Source: a virus
Direction: 5' to 3' (one strand)
IMG/VR virus record: IMGVR_UViG_3300022902_000006
DNA length: 64,000 nt
Under the pieces are notes generated by a model. The model made no database searches, was not told the origin of the DNA, and saw only the letters and a program-made list of their open reading frames with translations. Positions 63,975-64,000 of the stretch are shown in pieces (positions within the stretch are counted from its first letter, which is position 1; every line of letters begins with the position of its first letter). Position numbers and translations under genes: made by a program.

Positions 63975-64000
63975 TTTCAGGTGCTCCTTCTGTCATATCA

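Noticed and set aside
1-64000. Canonical parS, tRNA, rRNA or a tandem repeat array near the RT
   Set aside because: None seen by eye; the sequence flanking the RT is continuous coding sequence. tRNAscan-SE and a repeat finder would be needed to exclude them formally

Overview
This window is a 64 kb segment of a large contractile-tailed dsDNA bacteriophage (about 60% GC by eye, densely coding). I saw no rRNA, tRNA or CRISPR array. The minus strand carries accessory, nucleotide-metabolism and replication genes: DEDDh exonuclease, RNase HII, XRE regulator, DinG helicase, class II RNR, RuvC-like resolvase, AAA/vWA pair, UDG-fused family A DNA polymerase, primase-helicase, PD-(D/E)XK nuclease and ParB. 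The plus strand carries a tail/baseplate block (12.4-34.2 kb) with a -1 frameshifted chaperone, tape measure, hub, amidase, wedge proteins and a beta-helix fibre, plus isolated islands (terminase large subunit, a sigma factor, paralogous genes). Two signals stand out. (1) A retron-type reverse transcriptase (42610-43698) sits in a coupled operon, and an element folding like a complete retron msr-msd ncRNA (50803-51022) lies on the same strand about 7.1 kb upstream, beyond the terminase gene. (2) A 13-bp palindrome TTTAC-N3-GTAAA occurs 9 times exactly and 3 times with one mismatch, spaced about every 3.5-8.5 kb, in a genome encoding a ParB with an intact CTP-binding motif. All product calls come from motif recognition by eye; no database search was run. 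Several start codons were re-picked from the ORF track using RBS and overlap evidence.
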